Notes: generated by a model not told the origin, from the sequence alone. Counted from the first letter of the stretch, positions 30,344-42,822 are shown. The stretch: 64,000 bases of DNA from an uncultured Gemmatimonadaceae bacterium (GCA_963822945.1 CAWGJO010000027.1:192001-256000); one strand, 5' to 3'. Program-made: numbers and translations.

Positions 30344-31089
30344 CGACGGCGTTTCCGCATCGCCGGCGTGACCCGACGGTTCGCGGCATCATTCCGCGCG
30401 CTCAGCGGCGCCTTGTTCGATCGCACCGGCACCGCCAGCCGCCAGAACTGCCGTTCGCCGATCACCGTCACCTTGTGCCCCAGCGCTGCCAGCCGGCGCA
30501 CCTGATGCGCCGCGATCCCGAAATCGCCGAGCTTGAGCCGCTCGCCCGTGCAGACGAACACGTTGAACGGCGTGAGATCGCGGTGCAGGGCCTGTCCGCG
30601 GTGCAGCGTGTCGAGCGCGCCGAGTATTGCCGCGATCTCCCGCCGCACGAATCGCTCGGACTGCGCTCCGTGCTCGCCGAGCCACGCGCCGAGGTCCCCG
30701 TGCTCGGCGTACTCCATGGCCAGGCAGTACAGCATCTGGCCGCCGTCGAGAGTCACGAAGCGATCGTAGACGCGAAGGGCGCGCGCCTCGCGAGCCAGGA
30801 GGTCGGCGAAGTACGCCTCGCGCAGCCACCCGGCTATGCGATCGCTGATCTTCACGCACACCTGGGCCGGCGTCGTGTGCCCGGCGCTCGTCGTGGCGAG
30901 ATACACCTCGCCGAACCCGCCCTTCCCGATCAGCCGGTCGAGGCGGTAGGTGCGTCCCGATTCCGGACTGTACATGCTCGCCGCTGGGGGTGCTGCGGAA
31001 CCGACCGGCGATGCCGCCGGAGTGCCGCCGCTGTGTTCGCGCGTCGGGCGGGTGCGTCGCGTGGCACGTGGGGCGTGCTGGGTTGGCAT
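30340..31089 (-). pseudogene. Ser/Thr kinase with C-lobe missing, joined in frame to a BRCT-like tail
   Basis: IGKGGFGEVY, VCVK, AMEY, HRDLTPFN, LKLGDFGI, then an abrupt switch to VRRLAALGHKVTVIGERQFWRL; subdomains VIII-XI absent. Confidence 0.65.
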
Positions 31090-31153
31090 ACGGACTCCGG
31101 CTGGGACGTCTTTCATACTATACAGAGACTTCACCTCCCATGGGGAGCGGCCC

Positions 31154-31180
31154 GGTCGATTCGGGTCTTGTCTCGGCGTC
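31154..31180 (+). promoter_or_regulatory. ECF42-type promoter before yciI-sigma operon 1
   Basis: GGTCGAT-N16-CGTC; same spacing as the site at 36245-36271. Confidence 0.65.
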
Positions 31181-31221
31181 ATGGATGTGAAAGGATTTCA
31201 CCCACGACGCCAGGAGGCCCC

Positions 31222-31599
31222 GTGCGCTACACGTTGTTCCTTCACTATCCGGAGATGACCCCGGCCGACATCGGCGAGGCCGCGATCGAGGCCGGCAAGC
31301 AGGCGTTCCACCATTACGCCAAGGCCCTGGAGGACGCCGGCGTGCTCGTCTCCGCCGAAGTGCTTCAGCCGTCCGCAACCACGACCACGGTCGCGCTGCG
31401 CGATGGAAAGCTCCGCATCCAGGACGGTCCCTACGCCGACACCAAGGAACAGGTCGGTGGAACCTTCGTCATCGATGTCCCCGATATCGACGCGGCGCTT
31501 GCCTGGGCCGAGAAGTGCCCCGCGGCGACGTGGGGTGCGATCGAGGTCCGGCCGTCGGCGGTCCGATTCGTCAACGGGACCTGGATCGCCACCTCGTGA
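31222..31599 (+). CDS. YciI/DGPF-family protein
   Basis: AGGAGG RBS, GTG start; QDGPYADTKEQVGG..AWAEKCP..IEVRP. Confidence 0.9.
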   Translation: MRYTLFLHYPEMTPADIGEAAIEAGKQAFHHYAKALEDAGVLVSAEVLQPSATTTTVALRDGKLRIQDGPYADTKEQVGGTFVIDVPDIDAALAWAEKCPAATWGAIEVRPSAVRFVNGTWIATS

Positions 31600-32840
31600 C
31601 CGACGACGAGGCGCGGGGGCTGGCCCGCCACCACGTGGAGCTGGTGGCCCGCGCCTCGTACGGGCGGCTGCTCGCCATCCTCGCCGCGCGCACCGGCGAG
31701 ATCGAGATGGCGGAAGACGTGCTGGCCGACGCGTTCGCGAAGGCGCTCGACACGTGGCCCACATCGGGCGTGCCCGACAACGCCGAAGGGTGGCTGCTCA
31801 CGGTGGCGCGCAATCGACACCGCGACACACGACGGTCATATGCGCGTCATCCCCTCGTTTCACTCGCCGACGCGTCGCCGGCGCCGGCCGCCGATCCGAC
31901 CGACGATCTCGATCCCGACGCGATTCCCGACCGCCGGCTCGCCCTGCTGTTCGTCTGCGCGCATCCCGCCATCGATGCCGGCGTGCGCATGCCTCTCATG
32001 CTGCAAACCGTACTCGGCTTCGAAGCCAGGCACATTGCCCGCGCCATGGCCATGCCCACCGCCACACTTGCCCAGCGGCTGGTGCGCGCCAAACGCCGCA
32101 TTCGCGATGCGCGCATCCCGTTCGTCGTGCCCGATCGCACGGCGATGTCCGAGCGGCTTCCCCCGGTGCTGGAGGCGATCTACGGTGCGTACGCCATCGA
32201 CTGGCAGCAGGTGTCGGGCGTCACCCTGCGCGAATCCATGGCCGCCGAAGCGCTCTTTCTCGCCGAATTGCTCGCCGGTCTCCTCGAACGGGAGCCCGAA
32301 GCGCTCGGCCTCGCGGCACTCCTCTCCTTCTCGCTCGCCCGTGCCGAAGCGCGCGGCTCGGCCGCGGAGTTCGTCCCGCTCGACGAACAGGATCCCACCC
32401 GCTGGGACGCGACACTCATTGCGCGCGGCGAAGCATACCTTCGACGCGCGCAGACACTGGGTGCCGTCGGGCGCTTCCAGCTCGAGGCGGCCATTCAATC
32501 GATACACTGCGCGCGGGCGAGGGCCGGCGTCACCGACTGGCACGCGCTTCGTACGCTCTATGCAGGTCTCGTCGCAATCGCGCCCACGCTCGGCGCCCGC
32601 GTCGCCCATGCGGCCACGGTCGGCCGTCTCGACGGACCGCAAGCCGGGTTGACGGCTCTCGACGCGATCGGCGATCCGGGGCTGGCCCGATTTCAGCCGG
32701 CGTGGGCCACGCGGGCGCATCTGCTTGCCGCGGCGGGCCGAGGGGCCGAGGCCCGAGCGGCGTACGCGAAGGCAATCGCGCTCACCACCGAAGTCGGCGT
32801 GCGACGGTATCTCGAAATGCGAGCCGCCAATCTGGGGTGA
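31596..32840 (+). CDS. ECF sigma factor with C-terminal TPR extension (ECF42-type)
   Basis: AEDVLADAF..WPTSGVPDNAEGWLLTVARNR; DRRLALLFVCAHPA; AQRLVRAKRRI; FQLEAAI. Confidence 0.9.
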   Translation: MTDDEARGLARHHVELVARASYGRLLAILAARTGEIEMAEDVLADAFAKALDTWPTSGVPDNAEGWLLTVARNRHRDTRRSYARHPLVSLADASPAPAADPTDDLDPDAIPDRRLALLFVCAHPAIDAGVRMPLMLQTVLGFEARHIARAMAMPTATLAQRLVRAKRRIRDARIPFVVPDRTAMSERLPPVLEAIYGAYAIDWQQVSGVTLRESMAAEALFLAELLAGLLEREPEALGLAALLSFSLARAEARGSAAEFVPLDEQDPTRWDATLIARGEAYLRRAQTLGAVGRFQLEAAIQSIHCARARAGVTDWHALRTLYAGLVAIAPTLGARVAHAATVGRLDGPQAGLTALDAIGDPGLARFQPAWATRAHLLAAAGRGAEARAAYAKAIALTTEVGVRRYLEMRAANLG

Positions 32841-32891
32841 CGGGCGAGATGCTCGTCGTCGTGGGCGTCGGGCGACGAGCAGGTGCGGCGG

Positions 32892-34076
32892 CTACTCGGC
32901 GTCGGACATGTCGACCGTCCACACGAAGTCGCCCCACGCCATACGCAACTTCGTGCCGGAATCGGTGCCGACGACGGCGATGGTGAAATCCTCCTGCACC
33001 GGCTGCCCTCGTTCCACGTGCATCGGCACGCGCGCGATGTCGCGGGTGGAATCGTAGTTGGTGCCCCATTGGCCGTGCTGGCCGTTGATGATCAGCGTCG
33101 CACGATCGCGCTCGGGGATGGTCCACAGCGTATAGGTACCCGCCGGAATGCGCCTCCCGCCGATCGTCACGGGGCGATTCACGATCAACTCCGTGGCGGC
33201 GTTGGCCCCGGTACGCCAGACCTGGCCGAACGGCACCGTCGCGCCGAGGATCTCCCGCCCGCGCCGTCGCGGGCTGCTGTATCGAATCATGACGGACGCC
33301 GACCCGACCCGGCCCGTGACGAACACCGAGGGCGACAGCACCCCGACGCTCTTCCCGGCACGATCGCGCTGCGTGAACGCCGCGACCGCCGAGTCGATGT
33401 TGATGGGCCCCGTTCGCACCGAGTGCGTCTTCTCCGTGGTCGCGGATGCGTCCGCGCGCTCGATCCGGCCCTCGCCGTCGACCGTGAGATGGGTCCAGGC
33501 AATGCGGAAGTAGTCCACATCCACGTCGGTCGTGCCCCGCCGGACGATGTGTTTGGTGCGGAGGTCGCCGGTGGCCGCATCGATCACCGGTTCGTCCACG
33601 ACCACATCGAGCGCCGGCCCCAGCGTGGCGGCGATCGCCTGATACATGCCGAAGGAGATGTAGAGCCCGTAGTCCGAGCCGAACCCGGTCATCAAGCCGG
33701 GCATGACGTTCGGGGCGACGGCATGCTTCGATGTCTTCGCCATACCCGAGCTGTCGATCTCCACCGCGGCGGTATCGCCGCTCACCGTGATCGTCGTGCG
33801 CATCTCGGGCCCGTCGCTCATTCCCGGCGTGGTCAGGTCGACCACCGACCGCGCCAGTCCGCCGCCGGGCCGGTACGTGATGACGTAGTGGTATCGGACG
33901 GTGCGCGGCGCACGCAGCAGAATGTCGCCCTGCAGGTGGAGCGGCGTTCGCTGATACGTCTCGACGGCGATCGTATCTCGCCCCAGCGTGGTCACCAACG
34001 CGGCGGTGTCGGGCACCGGAGACGTGGGCCGGGTGCCGGCCGCCAGCGCGAGCAGCGATACCAATGCAGTGAGCAT
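32892..34076 (-). CDS. Secreted DUF2911-domain protein
   Basis: Signal peptide; C-terminal YSSPRRRGREILG..VPFGQVWRTGANAAT..PAGTYTLWTIP. Confidence 0.82.
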   Translation of the reverse strand: MLTALVSLLALAAGTRPTSPVPDTAALVTTLGRDTIAVETYQRTPLHLQGDILLRAPRTVRYHYVITYRPGGGLARSVVDLTTPGMSDGPEMRTTITVSGDTAAVEIDSSGMAKTSKHAVAPNVMPGLMTGFGSDYGLYISFGMYQAIAATLGPALDVVVDEPVIDAATGDLRTKHIVRRGTTDVDVDYFRIAWTHLTVDGEGRIERADASATTEKTHSVRTGPINIDSAVAAFTQRDRAGKSVGVLSPSVFVTGRVGSASVMIRYSSPRRRGREILGATVPFGQVWRTGANAATELIVNRPVTIGGRRIPAGTYTLWTIPERDRATLIINGQHGQWGTNYDSTRDIARVPMHVERGQPVQEDFTIAVVGTDSGTKLRMAWGDFVWTVDMSDAE

Positions 34077-34292
34077 ACGAACTCCCGGAAGCTCGACGAG
34101 TGGAACACTCACGTCAGGCTAATCCATCCGATGGATGATGGAGAGGCCGTTCCACCGGCTCGAACAGTTCCCGTACAGTCCGGCAGCGGCGCGCAACGAC
34201 CGCTCGTCGGTGCCGTACCTCACGACGACCTCGGAGTAAGGGTATGTCATGACTTGGTGCTTCTGGTCACTCAACCCACGCGCGCGGAGCCG

Positions 34293-35561
34293 TCAACCGC
34301 TCCGGTCGTGCGCCTCGCCCGCCCGCGCCAGCAGCAACTCCCGTTCGCGCCGATTCTCCGTCAGCGACGCTGCCCGTTCGAACTCGCCGCGGGCTTCATG
34401 GAATCTGCCGAGTTTGAACAGCAGATCTCCGCGCACGCTCGGCAACAGGTGATAGCGCGCGAGCGCGGGCTCATCGTCGATCGCGTCGAGGATGGCCAAT
34501 CCCTCCGCCGGTCCGAAGGCCATCGCGTAGGCCACGGCGCGGTTCACTTCGATCACCGGCGACGGCGTCAACTGCGCGAGCGCGTCGTAGAGAGCCGTGA
34601 TCCGGGTCCACTCCGTGTCTTCCGGCGTTCGGGCGCGCGCGTGACACGCCGCGATGGCGGCCTGCAGCACGTAGGGGCTGGGCCCACTGCCCAGACTCGT
34701 CGCCCGATCGAGCGCCGCCAGTCCGCGTCCGATCAGCACGTGGTCCCAACGGCGGCGGTCCTGATCGAGAAGGAGAATCGGCTGGCCCGACGCGTTCACC
34801 CGCGCCCGGAGGCGCGACGCCTGGATCTCCATCAGCGCCACCAGGCCGTGCACCTCGGGGTCGCGCGGGTGGAGTTCGGCCAGGATGCGGCCCAGGCGCA
34901 GCGCATCCTCGCACAGCGCGGGCCGCACCCAGTCGTCGCCGGCCGTGGCGGAATACCCTTCGTTGAAGATGAGGTAGATCACCTCGAGAACCGACGCCAG
35001 TCGCGCGGTCAACTCCGGTCCGCGCGGCACCTCGAACGGCACGTGGGCGGCGGCGAGCGACCGCTTGGCGCGGACGATGCGTTGCTGCACCGCCGGCACC
35101 GTGGTCAGGAAGCCGCGCGCGATCTCGTCGACGGTCAATCCGCCCAGCAAGCGCAGCGTCAGCGCCACGCGCGCCTCGACACTCAATACGGGATGGCAGG
35201 CGGTGAAGATCAGCCGCAGGAGATCGTCGCCGATCTCGTCGTCGATCGCCGCGTCCAGCTCCGCCACGACGTCCTCGTGCGCCGTCACCTCCGCCTCCCA
35301 CTGCGCGTGCTTGCGATCCAGCATCTCGCCGCGACGCAGGTGGTCGATGGCGCGGCGTTTGCCGGCGGCCATCAACCAGGCACCGGGGTTGTCCGGTACG
35401 CCGGCCTCCGGCCACTTCTCGAGCGCGGCCACGAGCGCGTCCTGCGCGAAATCCTCGGCGAGCCCCACGTCGCCCACCATCCGCGCCAGGCGGGCGATCA
35501 CCCGAGGCGATTCGATGCGCCATACGGCGTCGATCGCGCGATGCGTAGCACCGTCCGTCAC
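34293..35561 (-). CDS. ECF sigma factor with C-terminal TPR extension (ECF42-type)
   Basis: AVWRIESPRVIARL..AEDFAQDALVAALEKWP..DDLLRLIFTACHP..YLIFNEGYSA..YVLQAAIAACH. Confidence 0.92.
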   Translation of the reverse strand: MTDGATHRAIDAVWRIESPRVIARLARMVGDVGLAEDFAQDALVAALEKWPEAGVPDNPGAWLMAAGKRRAIDHLRRGEMLDRKHAQWEAEVTAHEDVVAELDAAIDDEIGDDLLRLIFTACHPVLSVEARVALTLRLLGGLTVDEIARGFLTTVPAVQQRIVRAKRSLAAAHVPFEVPRGPELTARLASVLEVIYLIFNEGYSATAGDDWVRPALCEDALRLGRILAELHPRDPEVHGLVALMEIQASRLRARVNASGQPILLLDQDRRRWDHVLIGRGLAALDRATSLGSGPSPYVLQAAIAACHARARTPEDTEWTRITALYDALAQLTPSPVIEVNRAVAYAMAFGPAEGLAILDAIDDEPALARYHLLPSVRGDLLFKLGRFHEARGEFERAASLTENRRERELLLARAGEAHDRSG

Positions 35562-35600
35562 GCTCCGCTTCCGTTCCACCGCAATATCGGGCCCCGGGGG

Positions 35601-35774
35601 CTAGTGCCCCAGGGGTTCGTCGGCGATGGGGCGGACCACCGAGCGCCCGTCGCCCGCGATGTTTACGAATCTCGTGCTCCAGTCGACCAGCTCCTGCTGG
35701 GTCTGGAACCGCATGACCGCAAACCCTCCGATGATTTCCTTGGCCTCGGGGTACCACAGTGCCAGAACCCGCAT
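35601..35774 (-). pseudogene. Internally deleted YciI/DGPF protein (57 aa)
   Basis: MRVLALWYP joined directly to EAKEIIGGFAVM..SVVRPI; the central part including DGPF is missing relative to the neighbouring paralog; GGGAGA RBS intact. Confidence 0.65.
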
Positions 35775-35803
35775 GTTCGGTCTCTCCCGATGTGAAGGAA
35801 TGG

Positions 35804-36190
35804 TCAACCCCGCGCCGCGGCCTGCACGTCGGGCGGAAAGTCTTCGATCTCAGCGATCTGCCGTACTTCAATGATGTCGCCATCGAGCATCGGCGCCCGT
35901 CTGGCCCACTCGATGGCCTCCTCGCGGGACCGGACCTGGATGATCCAGTACCCGCCCACCAACTCCTTGGACTCCGTGAACGGGCCGTCGCTCACCCGCG
36001 GCTTGCCCCCGCCGAACGATACGCGGGCCGCCCTTGCCGGCGGCGTGAGGCCGTCGAGTCCCAGCAGGACACCGGCCTTGCTCAGCGAATCGTTGTACTT
36101 CGTCATCTTGGCCACGAGATCGGCGGGCGGCACGAAGTCGGCTGTCGCAGTCTCGTACGCCTTCGGAATTACCAGCATCATGAACCGCAT
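35804..36190 (-). CDS. YciI/DGPF-family protein
   Basis: MRFMMLV..KAGVLLGLDGL..SDGPFTESKELVGGYWII..IEVRQI. Confidence 0.92.
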   Translation of the reverse strand: MRFMMLVIPKAYETATADFVPPADLVAKMTKYNDSLSKAGVLLGLDGLTPPARAARVSFGGGKPRVSDGPFTESKELVGGYWIIQVRSREEAIEWARRAPMLDGDIIEVRQIAEIEDFPPDVQAAARG

Positions 36191-36244
36191 CGTGTTCATC
36201 CTCTCGGGTTTGCGTGATTGGACCACACCGGCCTGCAATGATAC

Positions 36245-36271
36245 GTCGAACGAGACGCGCCGGAATCGACA
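36245..36271 (-). promoter_or_regulatory. ECF42-type promoter before yciI-yciI-sigma operon 2
   Basis: Minus strand TGTCGAT-N16-CGAC. Confidence 0.7.
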
Positions 36272-36508
36272 CGACCCGTTCCTGGGGTGCTGACCTCGGC
36301 TCTTCCCCGGGGCTAGTGATCGGGTCCGCAGCCGTCTGGAGCGGGCGCAGGAAAGCGGCGGGGCCCCGGCACTTGCCGACCCCTCCACTTGAGCGCACCT
36401 TGACCCGTCATACTGCGCTTCCCGCCTTTCCCCCCAGGGGTTCGAAGCCTTCTGAATCGCTCGGCTTGATCAAGCCGCAAGAGGCTTACTGAGAGAGGGA
36501 CCCCTGCC

Positions 36509-39500
36509 ATGTTCACAGCACCCCGCGTTCTCCTGCTCGCCTGTCTGTCGCTGGCTGTGCCGGCGGTGTCCCGGGCCCCCACGCCCACCCCCGTCCCCGC
36601 CCCCGTGCCACCCGGGCAACTCACCAGTGCCCTGCGCTGGCGCAGCGTGGGCCCGTACACCGGCGGACGCGTGACGGCGGTGGCCGGCATCGCGGCCGAG
36701 CCCAGCGTGTTCTATATGGGAACGGCCGGCGGCGGCGTCTGGAGAACCGACGATTACGGCCACAACTGGAAGAACATTTCGGACAAGCAGTTCAAGACGA
36801 GCAACATCGGCGCGGTCGCCATCGCGCCCTCCGATTCGAGCATCATCTACGTGGGCACGGGCGATTCGGGCCCCCGGAATACGGTTCTGACCGACGAGGG
36901 CGGAATGTACCGGTCCGCCGACGGCGGCAAGACGTGGTCGTTCGTCGGACTGGACGACACGCACATCATCACGTGGATCGTCGTCGATCCCGCCAACCCC
37001 GACGTCGTCTACGCCGCGGCGCTCGGCCATCTGTTCGCGCCCAACCCGGAACGCGGCGTGTTCAAGACCACCGATGGCGGCAAGACCTGGAAGAAGATCC
37101 TGTTCGTCAACGACAGCACCGGCGCCAACGCGCTGGCCATGGACCCGGCGAATCCCGACGTGGTGTACGCGTCCATGTGGCAGATGTCGCGGAGCCACTG
37201 GACGTTCTCCAGCGGCGGGCCGGGCAGCGGCATCTACAAGACGACCGACGGGGGCGCGACCTGGACGAACATCTCGCACAACGCGGGTCTGCCCACCGGC
37301 ATCTTCGGCAAGGTCGGCCTCGCCGTGGCGCCGAGCAGCCCCAACACCGTCTACGCGCTGATCCAGGCGGACTACAAGGGCCAGGCCGGCGGCCTGTTCC
37401 GCTCGGAGGACGGCGGCCAGAGCTGGACGCTCATCAACAACAGCATGGATATCACGCAGCGCGCCTTCTATTACATGAACGTCTATGTCGACCCCAAGGA
37501 TGCCAACACGATCTACCTGCCGAACGTCGGCGTGTACGTGTCGCACGATGCGGGGAAGACGCTCACCGCGCTGCATCCGCCGCACGGCGACAACCACGTG
37601 CTGTGGATCAACCCGAACAACCCGCAGACCTTCATCGAAGGCAACGACGGCGGCGCGACCGTCACCCTGAACGGCGGGAAGGCCTTCAGCTCCGAGGACA
37701 ACCAGCCCACGGGGCAGTTCTATCACGCCAACCTCGACGATCAGTTCCCGTTCCACATCTACGGCGCGCAGCAGGACCGGAGTTCGGTGGCCGGGCCGAG
37801 CGACGTGCCGCCACCGGTGTGGACCAACATCCAGGGCGGAGAGATGAGCTGGGTGGTGCCCACCCCCGGGCGGCCCTGGATCACCTACGGCAGCGGCTAC
37901 TACAGCAAGGAGTGGAGGGAGAATAGCCGGACCGGACTCGTCACCAACGTGAGCCCCTGGCCATCCTACCAGTTCGGCCTCGCGGGCTCGAAGATCAGGT
38001 ACCGCTACGGCTGGAACCACCACCCCGTCGTGTTCGCGCCCCACAATCCCAGGGAGTTGTTGATGGGAGCGAACGTGTTGTTCGAGACGCTGGACGAGGG
38101 CACGCACTGGAAGGTGATCAGTCCGGACCTCACGCGAAACGACAAGAGCAAGCAGGCGCGGCCGGGAGGTCCCATCAGCGCGGACGTCACCGGCGAGGAG
38201 ATGTTCGGCACCATCTCGTCGATCGCCGTCTCGCCGCTCACGGACAACGTGATCTGGACGGGCTCCGACGACGGTCTGGTGCACGTGACCACGGATGCGG
38301 GCGCGCACTGGAGCCAGGTGCGCCCGCCGACGCTGCCCGAGTGGTCCACGATCACCTGCATCGAGCCGTCGCACACACACGCCGGCACCGCGTATCTGTC
38401 GGCAAGCCGGTACGACTGGGACGACTTCCACCCGTACGTGTACAAGACCACCGACTACGGCAAGCACTGGACGGCGCTCACCACCGGGCTGCCGGACGGC
38501 CAGTACGTGGAGAGCGTGCGGGAGGACCCGAACCAGCCGACCCTGCTGTTCGCGGGCACCAGCCGAACCGCGTACTTCAGCATGGATGGCGGCAAACTGT
38601 GGCAGCCGTTGAGCCTCAACCTGCCGGCGGTTCGCGTGAACGATATCGAGGTCCAGCCCGAGCAGCACGCCGTGGTGCTCGCCACCTTCGGCCGCGGCTT
38701 CTGGGTGATGGACGACCTGCAGTTCCTCGAGCAGCTACACACGTCCCATGTGACGAGCCAGGCGTCGTATCTGTTCAAGCCGCAGCAGAGCTGGCTCGTG
38801 GCACGCCGTGGTGGCGGGTTCGGCCGGGGCGGGGCGGGAGGGTCGAACCTGGCGCCGGGCGTCGCGGTCTTCTTCAACGTGCCGGCAGACTACGATGGCA
38901 GCACGCCGGTGAAGCTCAGCTTCACCAGTGCGAGCGGCAAGCTGATCCGCAGCTTCACGCTGCACGCCAGGACGCACGCCAAGTCCGGCGCTTCGTCGCC
39001 CCGCCCGCGGCCGCGCGGGCGCAACAGGAAGCGCGATTGACCGCCATCGAGCCCGGCATGAACCGCTTCCAGTGGGATCTGCGGTACCCGAACGCGGTGG
39101 ACGTGAAGGGCATCTTCAACTCCGGCTTCTCGGCCGGCGTGCCCGTCGGTCCCGAAGTGGTGCCGGGCACCTACGACGTGACGCTGACCTACGGCACCAC
39201 CACGCAGAAGCAGTCGTTCGTGGTCAAGCTGGACCCGCGCCTGAACACCACGCAGGCGCAGCTGCAGCAGCGCTTCGCGCTGCTGATGCGGATCCACGGC
39301 GCGCTGGCGCGGCTCGATTCAACCTTGAACCAGGCCATCGACGCCCGCAGCGCGCTCGAGAAGGCCGTCGCCAAGGGCACCATGTCCGGCGGTCAGGTGC
39401 ACGCGGCGCTGAACGACCTGAACAAAGACGTCGACGATTTGGTGGACCTCAAGATCCAGTCGGGCGAAGGCGCGCTCGTCTATCCCGGTCGGCTGCGCTC

Positions 39501-39657
39501 CTGGCTGACGTCGATCGCGGCGCAGGTGGATCTGGCGTTCGTACCGCCCACGCCGGCCATGGTACAGGTGGCGAATGGATACATCCACGAGGCGGGCACG
39601 GGCGTCGCACGGCTACAAGCCGACCTCGCTGCTGCTCACAAGCTCGTGAATCCGTGA
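36509..39657 (+). CDS. Secreted VPS10/sortilin-like BNR (Asp-box) repeat glycosyl hydrolase-like protein (frameshift near 39000)
   Basis: WRSVGPYTGGRV; many [ST]xDGGxTW Asp-boxes; C-terminal GMNRFQWDLRY..PGTY..VKLDPR in ORF ending 39657. Confidence 0.85.
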
Positions 39658-39662
39658 GCACC

Positions 39663-39693
39663 GGCGACCCGGCGGTATCCCCGCCGGGTCGCC
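39663..39693. terminator. Hairpin between convergent genes
   Basis: GGCGACCCGGCGG-TATCC-CCGCCGGGTCGCC perfect 13-bp stem; no U-tract. Confidence 0.6.
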
Positions 39694-39755
39694 ATTCGGC
39701 ACGCCCGGCCACGGCCGCTATCGACCGTTGGCCGGCGCGTCCCGATTGGGCGTGA

Positions 39756-41204
<1,449 letters not shown>

Positions 41205-41266
41205 CGCCCCTCCCTCCTCGATTCGGGACCGCGCAATTCGACCGCGCAGCCGCGTACGTGGAAGGA

Positions 41267-41310
41267 GGGCGACGAACGGCCGGCCCGATGATCATCGAGC
41301 CGGCCGTTCG
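41267..41310. repeat. Conserved palindromic element, copy 1
   Basis: CGAACGGCCGGCCCGATGATCATCGAGCCGGCCGTTCG (38-bp near-perfect palindrome); 43/44 nt identical to 42823-42866. Confidence 0.9.
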
Positions 41311-41327
41311 CTCTTCTCGCAACACCG

Positions 41328-42761
41328 TCAGGGCAGCACTTTGATATTTACCGAGTCGCCGCGCGCGCCGGTCGCCGCCGTGGACGAGCTGGCGCCGCCC
41401 GCGCCCGGCGCGCCGATGTGGAACACCACGCCATTGCCGTTGAAGGCGCCGTTCCCCAGCACGAGGATGCCGATCGACGGTCCGCCGCCTCCACCACCGC
41501 CCTGACCCCCCGCGCCACCAGCGCCGCCGGTGCCACCCTTGCCACCCGCGCCGGCCCCGCCGGCCGCCGGACCGCCGGCCCCGCCAGCGCCGCCGGCCGC
41601 GCCCAGCTGCCCCGCGCCACCCGCGCCCCCGATTCCGCCCCCCGCAGTAACGACCGACGTGCTGTCCAGGTTCACTTGACTGGTGGTGCCGAGCACGACG
41701 GCGATCGATGCATATCCTCCGGATCCGGCCCGGCCTCCCGCCCCGCCCTCGCCGCCCTGGCCTCCCCCACCACCGCCGCCACCACAGGTGAAGACGAGCG
41801 CTCCCCCGCCGCCTCCGCCGCCTCCACCGCCATCGCCGTCCTGCCCGTTCGATCCGGGGGTCCCGTCCGCGGGCCGGTATCCCGATCCCATGGAGAACGT
41901 CCCGGTCGACGTGCCCCCCATTCCGGGCGCGCCGGCGGCGGCCGCCACCGCCGGTGACTTGCCCGGGGCGCCAGCGGTGAACGTCGCGCCGCCCTTGCCG
42001 GCGGCGCCGCCGTGGGTGCCCGCGCCCGCTTTACCGTCGAATCCACCGGCGGCTCCCCCTGTGCCGCCCGCGCCGCCGCTCGCTCCCGCCGGAGAATTCT
42101 GCGAGCCCCCGGAGCCGCCGACGCGGTCGGGCGGACACACACCGGCCGACACGCCGGCCGACCCCGCCTGCCCGTAGACGGGCGCCGCATTCGTATAGCC
42201 CGCGCCGCCGGGACCGTCGTCTCCGGGGCCGGCCGAGATCGTCCCCCCACGAATCTCGATTGCGGTGCTCGAGTCGAACATGACGGTCGCGTACTGCGTG
42301 CCGTGCGGCGTCGCAAAGTTGACACCGTCTACGGTGTCACCGACCACGCCCACACCACCGAGCGCCACGCCATCGCTCTGCACGTCGGTAGGGTGCTGCG
42401 CGGTATCCCGGGCCCACGTGGACGGATCGTAGCCGCCGACCAATCGAAGGTGCGAGCGCAGCATCACCTTCTCCTGGTACGTGCCGCCGGCGATGCGAAT
42501 CACCCGCCCCGAGTCGGCGGCGGCGATCGCGGCCGTGATGGTTGCCAGCGGCTGCTGTCGCGTGCCGGCGTTCGCATCGTTGCCGGTGGTGGCGCTCACG
42601 AACAGATCGTGGGCCATGCTGTCCACCGGTCCGCCGCCGTTCCCGTTTCCGTTTCCCGGGCCCGTCGAGTCCGCGGCGCCGCCGCAGGCGGCAATTGCAC
42701 AAACGATGGCCGCTCCGAGCAACAGTCCGAACCCTCGATACCATCGTGGGCTTTCGTGCAT
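41328..42761 (-). CDS. Lipoprotein with DUF1565-like N-domain and PGRS-like glycine-rich region (paralog 2)
   Basis: Lipobox IAAC; shares GGPVDSMAHDLFVS, AADSG, GGYDPSTW, GGGPSIG and KVLP with 39756-41204. Confidence 0.8.
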   Translation of the reverse strand: MHESPRWYRGFGLLLGAAIVCAIAACGGAADSTGPGNGNGNGGGPVDSMAHDLFVSATTGNDANAGTRQQPLATITAAIAAADSGRVIRIAGGTYQEKVMLRSHLRLVGGYDPSTWARDTAQHPTDVQSDGVALGGVGVVGDTVDGVNFATPHGTQYATVMFDSSTAIEIRGGTISAGPGDDGPGGAGYTNAAPVYGQAGSAGVSAGVCPPDRVGGSGGSQNSPAGASGGAGGTGGAAGGFDGKAGAGTHGGAAGKGGATFTAGAPGKSPAVAAAAGAPGMGGTSTGTFSMGSGYRPADGTPGSNGQDGDGGGGGGGGGGALVFTCGGGGGGGGQGGEGGAGGRAGSGGYASIAVVLGTTSQVNLDSTSVVTAGGGIGGAGGAGQLGAAGGAGGAGGPAAGGAGAGGKGGTGGAGGAGGQGGGGGGGPSIGILVLGNGAFNGNGVVFHIGAPGAGGASSSTAATGARGDSVNIKVLP

Positions 42762-42822
42762 CGTTCCTCCCCGTCCGACGTGGTGCGACCCCGCCGCGGA
42801 TGCGGCAGGCCGTCAGAGGGAG

